Numbered from the stretch's first letter, positions 10,070 through 21,402 are shown. The stretch: 64,000 bases of DNA from an uncultured delta proteobacterium (GCA_963735595.1 CAVTLK010000001.1:192001-256000); one strand, 5' to 3'. Notes: generated by a model from the sequence alone, not told the origin. Program-made: numbers and translations.

Positions 10070-10815
10070 CTATCCGTGTGATATTTCGTTGAGGCTCCCG
10101 GAGACGTATCCGGAGATCAATGGGTCTTTTGACGTCTCAAACTGCTTGGGAGTCCCCTCGGCATAGATCTTCCCTTTATAGAGCATGGCGATCTTATCGG
10201 CCACCGCCAGAGTAAAGCGTATATTGTGGCTGATTATGATGTAGGTGATCTTCTCGATGCTGTGGGTCTTCAGTATAAGCTCGGTGATGGAGTTTTCCGT
10301 TATCGGGTCAAGCCCCGACGTCGGTTCATCAAACAGGACGATCTTCGGGATTGGTAACCAGCGCCCGTGCAAGCCCTACCCGCTTTTTCATGCCGCCCGA
10401 GAGCTCGGAGGGCATTTTGTCTTCCATTCCGGTTAACTCCACTTCCTTGATCCGTTTGGTGACCCGGGTCACTGACCTCGCTCTTTGGGAGCCGTTCCCG
10501 CTCCACGAGGGGAAAGGCAATGTTTTCCCAGACCGATAGAGAATCAAAGAGGGCCCCTTCCTGGAACAGCATCCCGAAATGAACTCTGACGCGATTGAGT
10601 TCCTTTTCGGCCATTGAGGTAATCTCGTCACCGTTGACGAATATCTTGCCGTCGTCCGGTTTTACCAGCCCGATAATATGCTTCAGAAGCACCGATTTTC
10701 CCGCGCCGCTCCTCCCGAGGATCACGGTGATCTCACCGTCCTGTATCGTTAGGTTCAGACCCTTGAGCACTTCTTCGCTGCCAAAAGATTTATTGAGACC
10801 GGCGATCTTTATCAT
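10070..10815 (-). CDS. mlaF: MlaF/Mkl ABC transporter ATPase, broken by about 2 frameshifts
   Basis: Walker A GRSGAGKS and [10 protein letters not shown], signature [10 protein letters not shown], and Walker [12 protein letters not shown] lie in three different frames. Confidence 0.85.
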
Positions 10816-10831
10816 GGAACGATACAGCCTT

Positions 10832-11603
10832 TTATTTGAACATTATCGCAGATAAAATATAGTCGGAGACAATGACCGTGACACTGGCGACCACGACCGC
10901 GCGGGTCGTTGCCTTCCCGATACCTTCGGCGCCGCCTGTCGCGTAGTAGCCGTAGTAACACCCGATGAGCGTCAGGAAGAAGCCGAAAAAGACCGACTTG
11001 ATCAGCCCGCTCGTATAGTCCTTAATCTCCAGGAGGTCATGGACATGATAGAGAAAGTCGCCCCCGCTGATGTTGAGAACGGTAACGCCGATGAAGTATG
11101 AGGCCAGAAAGCCCGCCAGCGAGAAGATCGAGGCGAGGATGGGCATCATGGTGATACCGGCGATAATCCTCGGGACTATCAGGTATTGAACAGGACTGAT
11201 CGACATGGACGTCAGGGCGTCGATTTGCTCGGTGATACGCATGGTGCCGAGCTCGGCGGCCATGGCCGATGACACCCGGCCGACGACCATGATGGCGCCG
11301 ATGACCGGGCCCATCTCGCGGGCCATTCCCACGGCGACGGTTGCCCCTACGAGGCTCTCGGCGTTGAAGTGGCGGAACGTCAGGTATCCGTGGAGCGCCA
11401 GGACCATCCCCGTGAACGCGCCCGTTGTGAGTTATGATGGCCAGGGATTTCGTGCCGACGAAATCCATCTGACGCAGTATGTTCGTAATACGGTAGGGAG
11501 GCCGTACGGCCCACCGCGCGGCATCGAGAAACAGGAGGGTGATACGCCCGAGGTGGAGGACCTTCTCGGAAATCCAGTCCACAAGCAGGGAAGGCACGCG
11601 CAT
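10832..11603 (-). CDS. mlaE: MlaE ABC transporter permease, frameshifted near 11430
   Basis: N-part MRVPS..RQMDFVGTKSL; C-part REMGPV..AAELGTMRITEQIDAL, PRIIA and GAEGIGKATT. Confidence 0.88.
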
Positions 11604-11663
11604 AATTGATATCCCTCCTGAATCAGCAGACAACGGCCTGAAGAGTATATCCCGAGGATGCTG

Positions 11664-13900
11664 CTATTTCAACTTAAAAAGACCCCATCCCAGTCTGCAG
11701 GCGGCGGGCTGGTAAGTGCCTTCGCGGATACGGGATAAGATATAGCTGGGTGGGTATCGTCGCCGGAAGACTCCGCCTGTAGCGACTCGAATATCTTCAA
11801 GGCATCCTCCCAGCGCTGCGACCTCACGAGGGAAAGCCCCTGCTCGAACCGTCCGGCAGCCGCCTCCCTGTCGGGAAACTGGCCCTTCTTCCCGATCATT
11901 TCGTATATCTTCTCGGGTATGTTTTTGCCCCGCACCCTCACCAGGTCGAGCTCCCGGAACGCAGATATCGTCCTTTACCCGGCGGTATGTATATTCGGTG
12001 ACCAGACAGGTCGTTTCGTATTGCTTGTTGAGGTTCTCGAGCCGCGAGGCAAGATTAACGGCATCACCCATGACGGTATAATCAAATCGCTTCTTTGAGC
12101 CCATGTTGCCGACCGCGGCGTACCCGGTGTTGATGCCTATCCGTATGGACAGGGCGGGCCGTCCCATCGTTTTCCAGCGAAGGATGAGCCGGTCGAGTTC
12201 CGCCATCATGTCGATGGCCGTCATGCATGCCTGCAGTCGGGTGATCCGGCTGGGGCAGGGGGGCTCCGTAAACCGCCATGATGGCGTCGCCGATATACTT
12301 ATCCAGGAGACCCTCGATGTGAGAAGACGACGTCGGTCATAGCGCTCAGGTATTCGTTGAGGATATTGACCAGTTCCTCCGGAGAGAGCTCTTCGGAAAG
12401 TGACGTAAAACCCTTGATATCCGAGAAGAGGACCGTAATTTCCTTACGGTCGCCGCCGAGGGTCAGCATCGACGGGTTTTTGAGGATTTCGTCCACTACC
12501 AGCTCGGGGACATAATACTGAAATGCCTCCCTGATCTGTTTCCCCACCCGTTCGACCGTTATGTATCTGAATCAGGTTAAGAACGGTGTATCCAATGGCT
12601 ATTGTCAAGAAGTGGCGGAAGGACGGCAATCCAGACGTTGTTGACAGCGAACATATACTGGGTGAACATAATCCATCCCCCGGTCAACACTATTCCGATG
12701 AATTGCCCCTAACCACGCCGAAACGCGGGGAATAACCATGCCCAGCAGAATACCGAACAACAAGACCACCAGGAAATCAAGATACTGCGCCCATGCCGGC
12801 ATCGAGATAAACCGCCGGTGGAGGATGTTGTCTATTATGGTTGCGTTGACCTCCGTGCCGGGGAAATCGCTTCCCATGGGCGTGACCCTGAGATCGTAGG
12901 TGCCCACGGCCGACGTGCCGATGACGGCGATTCTGCCGTTGATCTTCTCCTTGTCGACCCGGCCCTTGAGGATATCGACAAAGGAGTAGTATGGAAACGT
13001 TCTTACCGGCCCCGGTAGTTTATCAGCAGCTCACCCTTTGCATTCGTGGGGATTTCAATATCGCCGATGACAACCTTGTATACGCCGTCCTCCGAGATGT
13101 AGATGTCTGGCGCGGGGGCCTTCAGATAGGCGCGCGACGAGTTCCAGGGCCAACGACGGGTAGAGCGTATCGCGGCACTTGACGGCCAGCGGCGACCACC
13201 GTAATGGTGCCGTCATTGTCGGGAAAGACGTTAAAGTAGCCGAATCCCTCGGCGGCGCGGGAAATGACCGGGATATTTGTTTCCGGGGCGATCATCTCGA
13301 AGGGGTGATCCGTTTGGCCTCCTCGGAATCGTACGCGATGAGCCGATACCGGGATGTGGCGATTTCCGTGAGGCTTTTCTCGATATCGGGCTTCGCTCAT
13401 GTGCTGGATGTCTTTTTGCTTCACATGGAAGAAGTACCCGAGGACTACGCCGGGTCCCTGGGAGAGGGCGTACGCGAGACGGGAGTCGTTGTCCAGCGGT
13501 CGCGCGTTTCGTCGTAGAATTCGAGTAATTTCGGATCGGTAAAACCTTCTGTTCTGTCCCTGCTGCTTGATATAGTCTATGGTGCTGATCCCGGAGTAGA
13601 TGTCGGGCTCGGAGAATACCATGTCGAAACCGACGGCGCGTACCCCCATCTTGTTCAGGTTCTCCACCACGTCAACGAAATAGCTCCGGGGGAACGGCCA
13701 ACGTCCGACTTCGTCGAGCGTCTTCTCGTCGATAGCAATGATGACGACTTCATCGCCGGGGAGTGTCTTGCCGCGAAGAAGAAAACGGTAGTCGAGGATC
13801 TTGTTTTCCATCACGGAAATGAAGCCGAAACCGAACCTGCCGAGGAGTATGACGAGGATGGAGATAAGAATGCCGATGATGATTCCGGTTATTTTTTCAT
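11664..13900 (-). CDS. CHASE2-domain class III adenylate/guanylate cyclase, multiple frameshifts
   Basis: Fragments IIAIDEKTL..GRWPFPR, FDMVFSEPD, PG.EVNATII, ITVLFSDIKGFT, IRIGINTG..VGNMGS..RFDYTVMGDAVNLASRLE. Start ATG at 13900 is followed by an indel in an A-run. Confidence 0.85.
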
Positions 13901-13915
13901 ACTGGTTTCCAAATA

Positions 13916-14919
13916 TCAGGATATGGCCGACGAAAGCGACTTCAGGTTTTGAATTTGCCCGAGCGCGATGAGGGTATCGTTTTCGTTGATGATCAGATTG
14001 AGGCGGGAGGGTTGAAGACCATCTTTTCGTCGGGCCTCAGAACGGCCACGATGATTACGCCGAACTGGTACGAATCTCCGAATCGACGATTGTCTTGCCG
14101 ATGATGGAGGACCCGCCGGATACCGTCATCTCTTCGATGGCAAGCTCGAGGTCTTTCTTGCCCACGGTAAAATCGAGGAATTCCGACACGGCGGGCCGCG
14201 ATATAAGGTTTGCCATACGGCGGCCTCCGATCGAATAGGGGCAGACCACCTGATCCGCCCCGGCCGATAGCAGCCTTTTTTCGCTGGTCCCGTCATGGGC
14301 CCGACCCATAACGAAGATATCGGGTTTGAGGGCTTTGGCCGAAATGGTGATATAGACGTTATCGGCGGGCGAGCCAACGGCGGCAACGAGGCCTTTGCCG
14401 CGCATGATGCCCGCCGAAATCAGGACCTCGTCTTCAACTGCGTCGCCAACGACGGCCGGATACCCTTTCTTCGAGACCTCGTCGATCTTCTCGGGGAGAA
14501 CTATCGACGACAACAAATCGGATATCCTGATCAAACAGCTCGTCGGCAATTACCCTTCCAATTCGGCCGTATCCGCAGATAATGTAATGGTCCGTGAGAC
14601 GCTCGACGCCTTTCTTGGTACGTCTTTTTTCCATAAAATCGCGTATCTCTCCTTCTACAACGTAGCGCGCGAAGGTGGTTATATTGATGGCGACAACGAA
14701 TATCCCCCCGATAATAAGGACGATGGTGAAGATACGCCCATAATCGCTCAGCGGGTGGATTTCCCCATACCCCACAGCGGTAAGGGTCGTCACGGTCATA
14801 TAGAAGGAATCAAGAAGGTTCCATCTCTCGATGGTTTCGTATCCAATAGTCCCGGCAAGGATGACGAAGACCAGAAAGAGGAGACCGAGACGAAGCCTCC
14901 CCGCGGATATGGGCCGCAG
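13916..14919 (-). CDS. 2-TM potassium channel with TrkA-N/TrkA-C (RCK) domains, frameshifted; start approximate
   Basis: Pore YMTVTTLTAVGYGE, HYIICGYGRIG, GDA..L..AGI and AGADQVVCPY..GG. Confidence 0.85.
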
Positions 14920-14924
14920 CTCTC

Positions 14925-16250
14925 CTATAGTTTCACCCCGAATTTCTTAAGGATCTCGGGGGTGAGGGCATTCTTCCTGGTTATCTGGGCAAACATCTTG
15001 CCCGAGAGCTTGATGGTTCTCTTTTGTGTCTTAAAGTCCACGTGAACCATACCGAACCGCATCGAATACCCGTTGGCCCACTCGAAGTTGTCCATGCTGG
15101 ACCAGAAGAGAAACCCCCGGATATCCATGCCGTCGGCGATCGCGTTGCCCACCTCGGCGATGTGGGCGGCCATATATAGCCTGCGGTACGCGTCGTCCTT
15201 TTGACTTTCCTGGTACTTTGTGGCCACCCCGTTTTCCGCGACGTAGAGCGGGACCTTATACTTGGACAGTATCGACAACAGGCGGTAAATGCCATGGGGA
15301 TAGTATTCGCCCTCATCGAAATGGCTTGTCTTTGTCCCGGGAGCCGGCGGTACGGTCTTGCCGAAGAGCGTCGTCGGTGAGAGGAGGGAGAACTTCACGC
15401 TGTCGCGTGCATAGTAATTCAGTCCGATGAAGTCGCAGCTGCCCTTGGTGAGTTTCTTATCTTTCGGATCGACCTTGATTTCCCCGGAGGTCTCGCCGGT
15501 AAACAGGGCGTCAATGAAGTCCATGTTGAAGCCCTTGTGCTGATTCCCGGCAACCCTGATATCCCACTTGTTGTCCGGGCGGTAAGGGGCGAAGATGCGC
15601 ATGTGCTTGGCGAAGCCGACCTTGGCCTTCGGGTCGATCTTCTTGATCGCATGATATGCCATAACATGCGCCCTCAGCATGTTGCCGGCCACGCGGAAGC
15701 CCTTGATCGGGTTCTTCACGCCGGGGGCGTATTCGCCCGACATATAGGACAGGAACGCGTATACCATCGGCTCGTTGATCGTCATCCAGAACGTGACGTC
15801 CTTCTTGAGGGCCGAGACGATGACACGGGTGAACTCGACGAACCGCGTAACGCACTCGGGATTGGCCCAGCCCCCGTCCCTGGCCATCCAGAGGGGGGTT
15901 GAAAAATGGTGTAGGGTCACAAAAGGAACCATCTTGAGCCTTTTGAGCTCTTTGACGACTTCCACGTAATGGGCGATTTCAGTCTCCGAGAAATACCCCT
16001 TGGCCGGTTCTACGCGGCTCCACTCGATCGAGAGTCGGTGGGCGTTGTGTCCCAAATCCTTGAGGAGCTTGAAGTCCTCCTTGTAGCGATGGTAGTGGTC
16101 GCAGGCGTCTCCGGAGATAGTCATATCGATGATCTTGCCGGGAATCTGCTCGAATTCCCACCAGTCGTTGTTGAAATTGCCCCCTTCGACCTGATGCGAG
16201 GAAGTCGCAGCCCCCCAGAGAAAACCTTTCGGAAACTTGACCGTCTTCAT
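14925..16250 (-). CDS. glycoside hydrolase family 1 (beta-glucosidase-like)
   Basis: FPKGFLWGAATSSHQVEG, TINEP acid/base, VAENG nucleophile, WSSMDNFEW. Start reassigned to ATG at 16250. Confidence 0.95.
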   Translation of the reverse strand: MKTVKFPKGFLWGAATSSHQVEGGNFNNDWWEFEQIPGKIIDMTISGDACDHYHRYKEDFKLLKDLGHNAHRLSIEWSRVEPAKGYFSETEIAHYVEVVKELKRLKMVPFVTLHHFSTPLWMARDGGWANPECVTRFVEFTRVIVSALKKDVTFWMTINEPMVYAFLSYMSGEYAPGVKNPIKGFRVAGNMLRAHVMAYHAIKKIDPKAKVGFAKHMRIFAPYRPDNKWDIRVAGNQHKGFNMDFIDALFTGETSGEIKVDPKDKKLTKGSCDFIGLNYYARDSVKFSLLSPTTLFGKTVPPAPGTKTSHFDEGEYYPHGIYRLLSILSKYKVPLYVAENGVATKYQESQKDDAYRRLYMAAHIAEVGNAIADGMDIRGFLFWSSMDNFEWANGYSMRFGMVHVDFKTQKRTIKLSGKMFAQITRKNALTPEILKKFGVKL

Positions 16251-16465
16251 TAGTACCCCCAGTGCGTTTTTCATTATTGTATCTTTTATGGCAAAATTTT
16301 CAAGGAAATAATCGAACGATAAGAACCGATATGGCGGGGCTGAAGCGTACGGGATGGAATACGGCACATCCGATTTGCCGGAGGGCGTCGGTTCCTTTTG
16401 GATTGATTATTTATTCGGAATCGGATAGGATACATTTATAGTATTTTCGTGAGTGAGGAATCATA

Positions 16466-16876
16466 GTGAAGAATTTCGTGAATCTCTTTGTCAAAGACGC
16501 AATGCTGAAAGATGTGGTGACCGTGTCTCCGGAGACGAAGGTGCGGGAAGTAGAGGCCCTCTTCGAGAAATACGATTACTATTCGTTTCCCGTTGTCGAG
16601 GGCGGTAAAGTCGTCGGAATCGTCACGAAGCTCGATTTCCTCAGGCACTTCATTTTCACCCCCTCTTCGATCGTTCCGCAATACGACCGGCTCCTCGACG
16701 ACAATATCCGCGGCATCATGAACCCCAAGGTCTTTACGGTGTCGATGGACACACCGCTTACCCGGGTATTGGAATTGATGGTGGAGACGCGCATCAGGAG
16801 CTTTCCGGTGGTGGACGCCGATAACCGGCTTCTGGGCGTGATCTCCCGGGAAGACATCATGAAGATGTTGAAGTGA
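16466..16876 (+). CDS. tandem CBS-domain protein
   Basis: Two CBS repeats (FPVVEGGKVVGIVTKLD; FPVVDADNRLLGVISREDI). Confidence 0.9.
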   Translation: MKNFVNLFVKDAMLKDVVTVSPETKVREVEALFEKYDYYSFPVVEGGKVVGIVTKLDFLRHFIFTPSSIVPQYDRLLDDNIRGIMNPKVFTVSMDTPLTRVLELMVETRIRSFPVVDADNRLLGVISREDIMKMLK

Positions 16877-17137
16877 CGCAGGTTTAACGGGTAACAAAAA
16901 GAATATAATCCGGTCTGTGAGTCAAGCGGGAATGTCCCTCGTAAGGGTATTTTGGAGAGTCGGTATAGGAGAAGCATCGAAAACCGCCGCCGGGAATTAA
17001 CACGGAAAGGTTACCACCATGAATTTACCGTACTCCCCGCTAAGGACACATAACGCTCCTATTTAGTGATCATCGCAAGGTTTTAGCGAATATCCTGACG
17101 ATTACCGTAGGGTTGCCGATATCTTCAGGAGTCTCCA

Positions 17138-18482
17138 ATGGCCAACACGGTCTGGTTTGACGTTACCAGGATTCATGGCTGGACTGAGCCCCCGGTCGGG
17201 ATTATCCGGGTCCAGTTAGAGATTGCTCGACGTCTTCTTTCAGAATTCGGCACCAAAGTTCGTTTCTGCCGTTTTGAGAGGCGGGGGGAAATGTACGTTG
17301 AGGCGTCTCCTGTGGAGGTCGATACGTATATTCGGAGGTTAGACGCGAATGCGGAAGGATCAAACCCTTATTCATATAACGGAGTAGGATGGAAAGCAAA
17401 GGACTTTATTAAGAAGAAGATTCAGTATCTACCAAAGCGGTTCCAGACCGTGCTCATTCAATTCGTAAGGGGGTTGCGGCGTACTGTAAGGAAGGCTACG
17501 CGAATCTTCTTGAGGTCGATTTATCGGCGTCTCGTACATTTTAGTTTGCTGCCGCCCGGCATAGATACGAAAATGAAGCAGGGGGATATTTATGTCAACC
17601 TGGACTTGGATCTTGATGCTGACACCTTTGCGCGTATCTACGAGACAAAGAGGAAATTGGGTATTACAGGTAGTCGGAATGTGTTACGATCTTATACCGA
17701 TAATCACACCCCATTTTATTGCGAGCGACTATTCACAGCTATTTTCCGGTTTCATAAAGAATATGGCCCGATGCGCGGATCTGATCATGTGCATTTCCCG
17801 GAACACGCTCCATGATCTGGAAGGATTTCTGTTTTCGGTTAACGGACATAGACCTTCATTGGAAATCATTACTCTGGGTGAGAACCTCAATGTTTCAACG
17901 GGCGTCCTCAGTGAAAAGGTTGATGCTACCTGTCAAAAATCCTACATCCTATATGTTTCTACCATCGAAGTACGAAAGAATCATGAAACCCTCTATCGTG
18001 CCTATAAGGAGCTGATAGAAGCAGGCGGACGGGATTTGCCCAGACTTGTATTTGTGGGCAGGCAGGGATGGAAGGTTGATTCTCTTCTTTCTGATTTACA
18101 CATGGACCGCGCAATAAGCGGGTTGATCATTACGCTTGATCAGGTTAATGATTCGGAGCTTTCCTATCTCTATCGTCATTCCCTGTTTACGGTCTATCCG
18201 TCCCTGTACGAGGGCTGGGGCCTGCCTGTTGCCGAAAGCCTTGCCCATGGTAAATTCTGTATAGCCTCGTCGGCCTCGTCGCTGCCGGAAGTGGGCGGCG
18301 ATTTAGTCGAGTATATTGATCCGTGCGATCTACCGGCCTGGGTCGAGCGGCTGGCCTACTACTTCGATAATCCGGAAGCTCTCCGTGACAGGGAGGCGAA
18401 GATACGGTCGGAGTATCGGCCGCGCACGTGGTCGGAGACCACGCGGAAAATAGTAGATCGCGCCCTGAGGCTTGAGGGATAG
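17138..18482 (+). CDS. GT4 glycosyltransferase, frameshifted near 17660
   Basis: N-part DVT...VGIIRVQ; C-part CYDLIP, YVSTIEVRKNH and PSLYEGWGLPVAESL. Confidence 0.85.
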
Positions 18483-18698
18483 TCAGAACAGTCGTCGTCT
18501 CTTTAGTATATATAGTATTCCTTATGTTTCCTGGTTCCTCTCTGTCGAATGAAGTCGGGGCATGGGCGGCTCTTCCACGTAAGGGGGGGCAATGCTTGTG
18601 CTGAAATCCGTCCCGTGAACGCGCGTAAGGATATTTCTCCCTATCCACCGTATACCTTCCGCCTAATCTCAGACGGCACTCTTTGCCTTTAGCGACAC

Positions 18699-19523
18699 CT
18701 ATCCTATCTGAACCGTCCGCATCGAAACCGACCCAAGATCGATACCCGTTATTGGAAAGGTGATTCTATCGTCCTGACGGGTCGCCGCAAGGGCGTAGAG
18801 TAACGGCAGGTAGTGTTCGTTGGTCGGGATTGAAAGGTCGGCTTCGCGCCCCAGCTCGTCGTACTCGATCAGACGGTCGTAACGGCGCTCGCCGATCAAC
18901 CGTGTGACGGTCTCGTCAAACGACACGGCCCAATCGTATGGTGCGGCGTTTGGCGAGTAACGCATAAGGCGCAGGTTGTGGACGAGGTTCCCGCTGCAGA
19001 CGATGAGCACATTCCGATCGCGTAGTGACGCGAGTACGCGGGCGGCCTCGAAATGTTGGCCGGCCGTTTTTCGGTAGTCAAGGCTCATCTGCACGACGGG
19101 GATATCGGCTCCGGGGTACATCCTGCGCAGGACTGACCACGCACCGTGGTCGATTCCCCAGGTATCGTCCGGGGTGATTGTCCCCCCGCAGAGGCGGATG
19201 ACCTCCTCGGCAAGGGCAGGATTCCCCGGGCATGGATACCGGACGTCGTAGAGCTCCCGTGGAAAACCGTAGAAATCGTGGATAGTCCGGGGAGCGTGCT
19301 GAGGGGATAGCCGGGTTCCGTCGGTCTCCCAATGTGCGGAGACGCACAGGATTGCGGCGGGGCGGGCGATCTCCCGCCCGAGCTTCTCCCACCCCCGGGA
19401 ATAGTCGTTGTCTTCGATCGCGTTCATGGGATTACCGTGTCCCACGAAGAGGACCGGCATGCGTGTGTCCAACGTCATTGTATTCGGTTGTTTGTAAGGC
19501 GTTTTATCTCTCCTTTGTGGCAT
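18699..19523 (-). CDS. ygiD: 4,5-DOPA extradiol dioxygenase (LigB family); true start may be slightly downstream
   Basis: MPVLFVGHGNPMNA, SAHW, TIHDFYGFP, GIDHGAW, SGNLVHNL and EHYLPL. Confidence 0.9.
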   Translation of the reverse strand: MPQRRDKTPYKQPNTMTLDTRMPVLFVGHGNPMNAIEDNDYSRGWEKLGREIARPAAILCVSAHWETDGTRLSPQHAPRTIHDFYGFPRELYDVRYPCPGNPALAEEVIRLCGGTITPDDTWGIDHGAWSVLRRMYPGADIPVVQMSLDYRKTAGQHFEAARVLASLRDRNVLIVCSGNLVHNLRLMRYSPNAAPYDWAVSFDETVTRLIGERRYDRLIEYDELGREADLSIPTNEHYLPLLYALAATRQDDRITFPITGIDLGSVSMRTVQIG

Positions 19524-19644
19524 AGGATTTCGTCACCTTGCAGCGGTTACGACGAGCGGAGTGGGAACGGTTATACAGCGGTCCCGAGGAGTTAAAACGG
19601 CGTCCGAAAGCGGCCTATCCATTCGCGGGGTGGTCATGCCGCCA

Positions 19645-21099
19645 TCACTCTTTACGCTTTCTCGTTCCTTTTTGTCCGTACATAGCGGTATCAGCCGCGT
19701 GGATAAGCGTCGTGAGCGGCTCATCCGGCCTCAGTGAGGCGGTGCCTACGCTGATATCGATGCCGTGAACCCGTGTGAGAACATTTTCCCGTATCCGTTT
19801 GGCGACCTTCGCGGCGTCCGCCTTGTTGGAGGAGGGAAGGATTATCGCGAATTCGTCGCCGCCGTATCGGAAGGCCGTATCCATGTCCTGCCTGATGGAG
19901 TTTTTGACGATCTCTCCGACCAGCCGCAGCACCTCATCGCCGGCCAGGTGCCCGTAGGTGTCGTTATATACCTTGAATTCGTCCAGGTCGAAGATGATCA
20001 GGCACAACGGGTAATCCATCCGTTGCGCTCGTTTTGACTCTTCTGCGATCTTAACAAAGAAGTAGCGCTGATTGAAAAGACCCGTCAGGTTGTCGGTGAT
20101 CGAGAGGCGGCGAAGCTCTTCTTCCAGCTTCTTTTGTTCCGTGATATCGCGGGCGATACCCCTGAAGCCGATCGGCCTATCCAGCGAGTCGGTTATCAGG
20201 GAGACGGAGACCTCAACGAAGCTACTCGTACCGTCGTTTCGTATCAATACCCAGTCAAGGCCCTTTGCGGGTTCCCTTGTCTTAAAGACAGAATAGAAAG
20301 TCCTGAATACGCGCCGCGCGGTCCGCTGATCCATGAATTGCCTATACGATATCGAGGTAAGCTCGTCATTTGGGTAGCCGATAGTCCTCGCCAGCGCGTC
20401 ATTACAGAAGGTCAGGCGGCCGACAAGGTCGACCTCGTAGTATCCCTCTCCTATGTTTTCGATAATCGTCCGGTGCTTCTCCTCCGATTCCCTGAGGGCG
20501 TCTTCGGCGCCCTTCCTGTCGGTGATGTCGCGCGCGATGGCCTGGAATCCAACGACAGCCCCTCCCTCTCGGACAAGCTGGACGTTTTGGCCTATCCAGA
20601 GGATGCCCCCCGTCTTTGTAACGAGGGGAAGCTCCAGATACGAATCGTGCGTCCCCTTCACGTACTGAAGCCCATAGAACCGCTCGACTTTCTTTAGATA
20701 CGTGGGGTGGACCAGGTCCCGATAGTCCTTGCCCATGATCTCCTGCTGAGAATAACCGAGGCGCTGAACGGCGATACTGTTAAACATGGTCAGGTGCCCC
20801 AGTGCATCGGTTCGATAGATGATATCGTTTGCCTGATCGACGAGCTGGCTGTATCTCTTCACGTTCTCGCTGATAGTCAGGATTCGTTGGGTAACCTGAT
20901 TTAAGATTTGTGGTGTCGATAGATCATCGGGGATTTGAAGAACCTCCCGATCGACGGACGAAAGGAGAACCGGAATCTCGTTCCAAAGAGTTCGGGCCTG
21001 TTCGCGGAAGCAGGCGAGGGTGCGGTTTGCCTCTTCGAGGTCCTTCCTGCAGGCGGCCAATTCATCGGTCAGCTGTTCTTTGGTCTTTTCTTTTTTCAT
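19645..21099 (-). CDS. PAS-PAS-GGDEF diguanylate cyclase
   Basis: Two PAS/PAC units (ARDITDRK, ARDITEQK), TDNLTGLFN, DLDEFK..NDTYGH..GD and RYGGDEF, with RQDMD upstream. Confidence 0.93.
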   Translation of the reverse strand: MKKEKTKEQLTDELAACRKDLEEANRTLACFREQARTLWNEIPVLLSSVDREVLQIPDDLSTPQILNQVTQRILTISENVKRYSQLVDQANDIIYRTDALGHLTMFNSIAVQRLGYSQQEIMGKDYRDLVHPTYLKKVERFYGLQYVKGTHDSYLELPLVTKTGGILWIGQNVQLVREGGAVVGFQAIARDITDRKGAEDALRESEEKHRTIIENIGEGYYEVDLVGRLTFCNDALARTIGYPNDELTSISYRQFMDQRTARRVFRTFYSVFKTREPAKGLDWVLIRNDGTSSFVEVSVSLITDSLDRPIGFRGIARDITEQKKLEEELRRLSITDNLTGLFNQRYFFVKIAEESKRAQRMDYPLCLIIFDLDEFKVYNDTYGHLAGDEVLRLVGEIVKNSIRQDMDTAFRYGGDEFAIILPSSNKADAAKVAKRIRENVLTRVHGIDISVGTASLRPDEPLTTLIHAADTAMYGQKGTRKRKE

Positions 21100-21236
21100 C
21101 CTGTTGGGGAGCCAATCCGGAGCTTGATTATTCAGTTTTAATTATACCAGAGAGTCCGTCGACTGGCAAGGCTTCTGGCGATTGGCGGCGCATGAAAGGA
21201 ACAGGCGGGCCCGGCGGTTATACGTCTATTTTTCTC

Positions 21237-21283
21237 TTGACATCGTATTCCCGTACGGGTATAAGCGAACGAACGTTCATTCG
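21237..21283 (+). promoter_or_regulatory. sigma70 promoter plus palindromic operator for tetR-prpE
   Basis: TTGACA(21237)-17 bp-TATAAG(21260), followed directly by CGAACGAACGTTCATTCG (21266-21283), an 18-bp palindrome with one mismatched pair. Confidence 0.7.
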
Positions 21284-21402
21284 GAATTGTCAGGCCGCGA
21301 TCTTTCTGGTCACTTTCGCGTTTGATATACCCACACCGGCCGACCGTGGTAATTACGGTTATCTCCCTCTGGGGATACATCCTTTTGCCTTTTGGGGTTG
21401 CT

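Noticed and set aside
10070..14919. Programmed ribosomal frameshifting or phase variation as an explanation for the broken genes
   Set aside because: There are several indels per gene at unrelated sites and no conserved slippery or SSR motif; assembly error is far more parsimonious.
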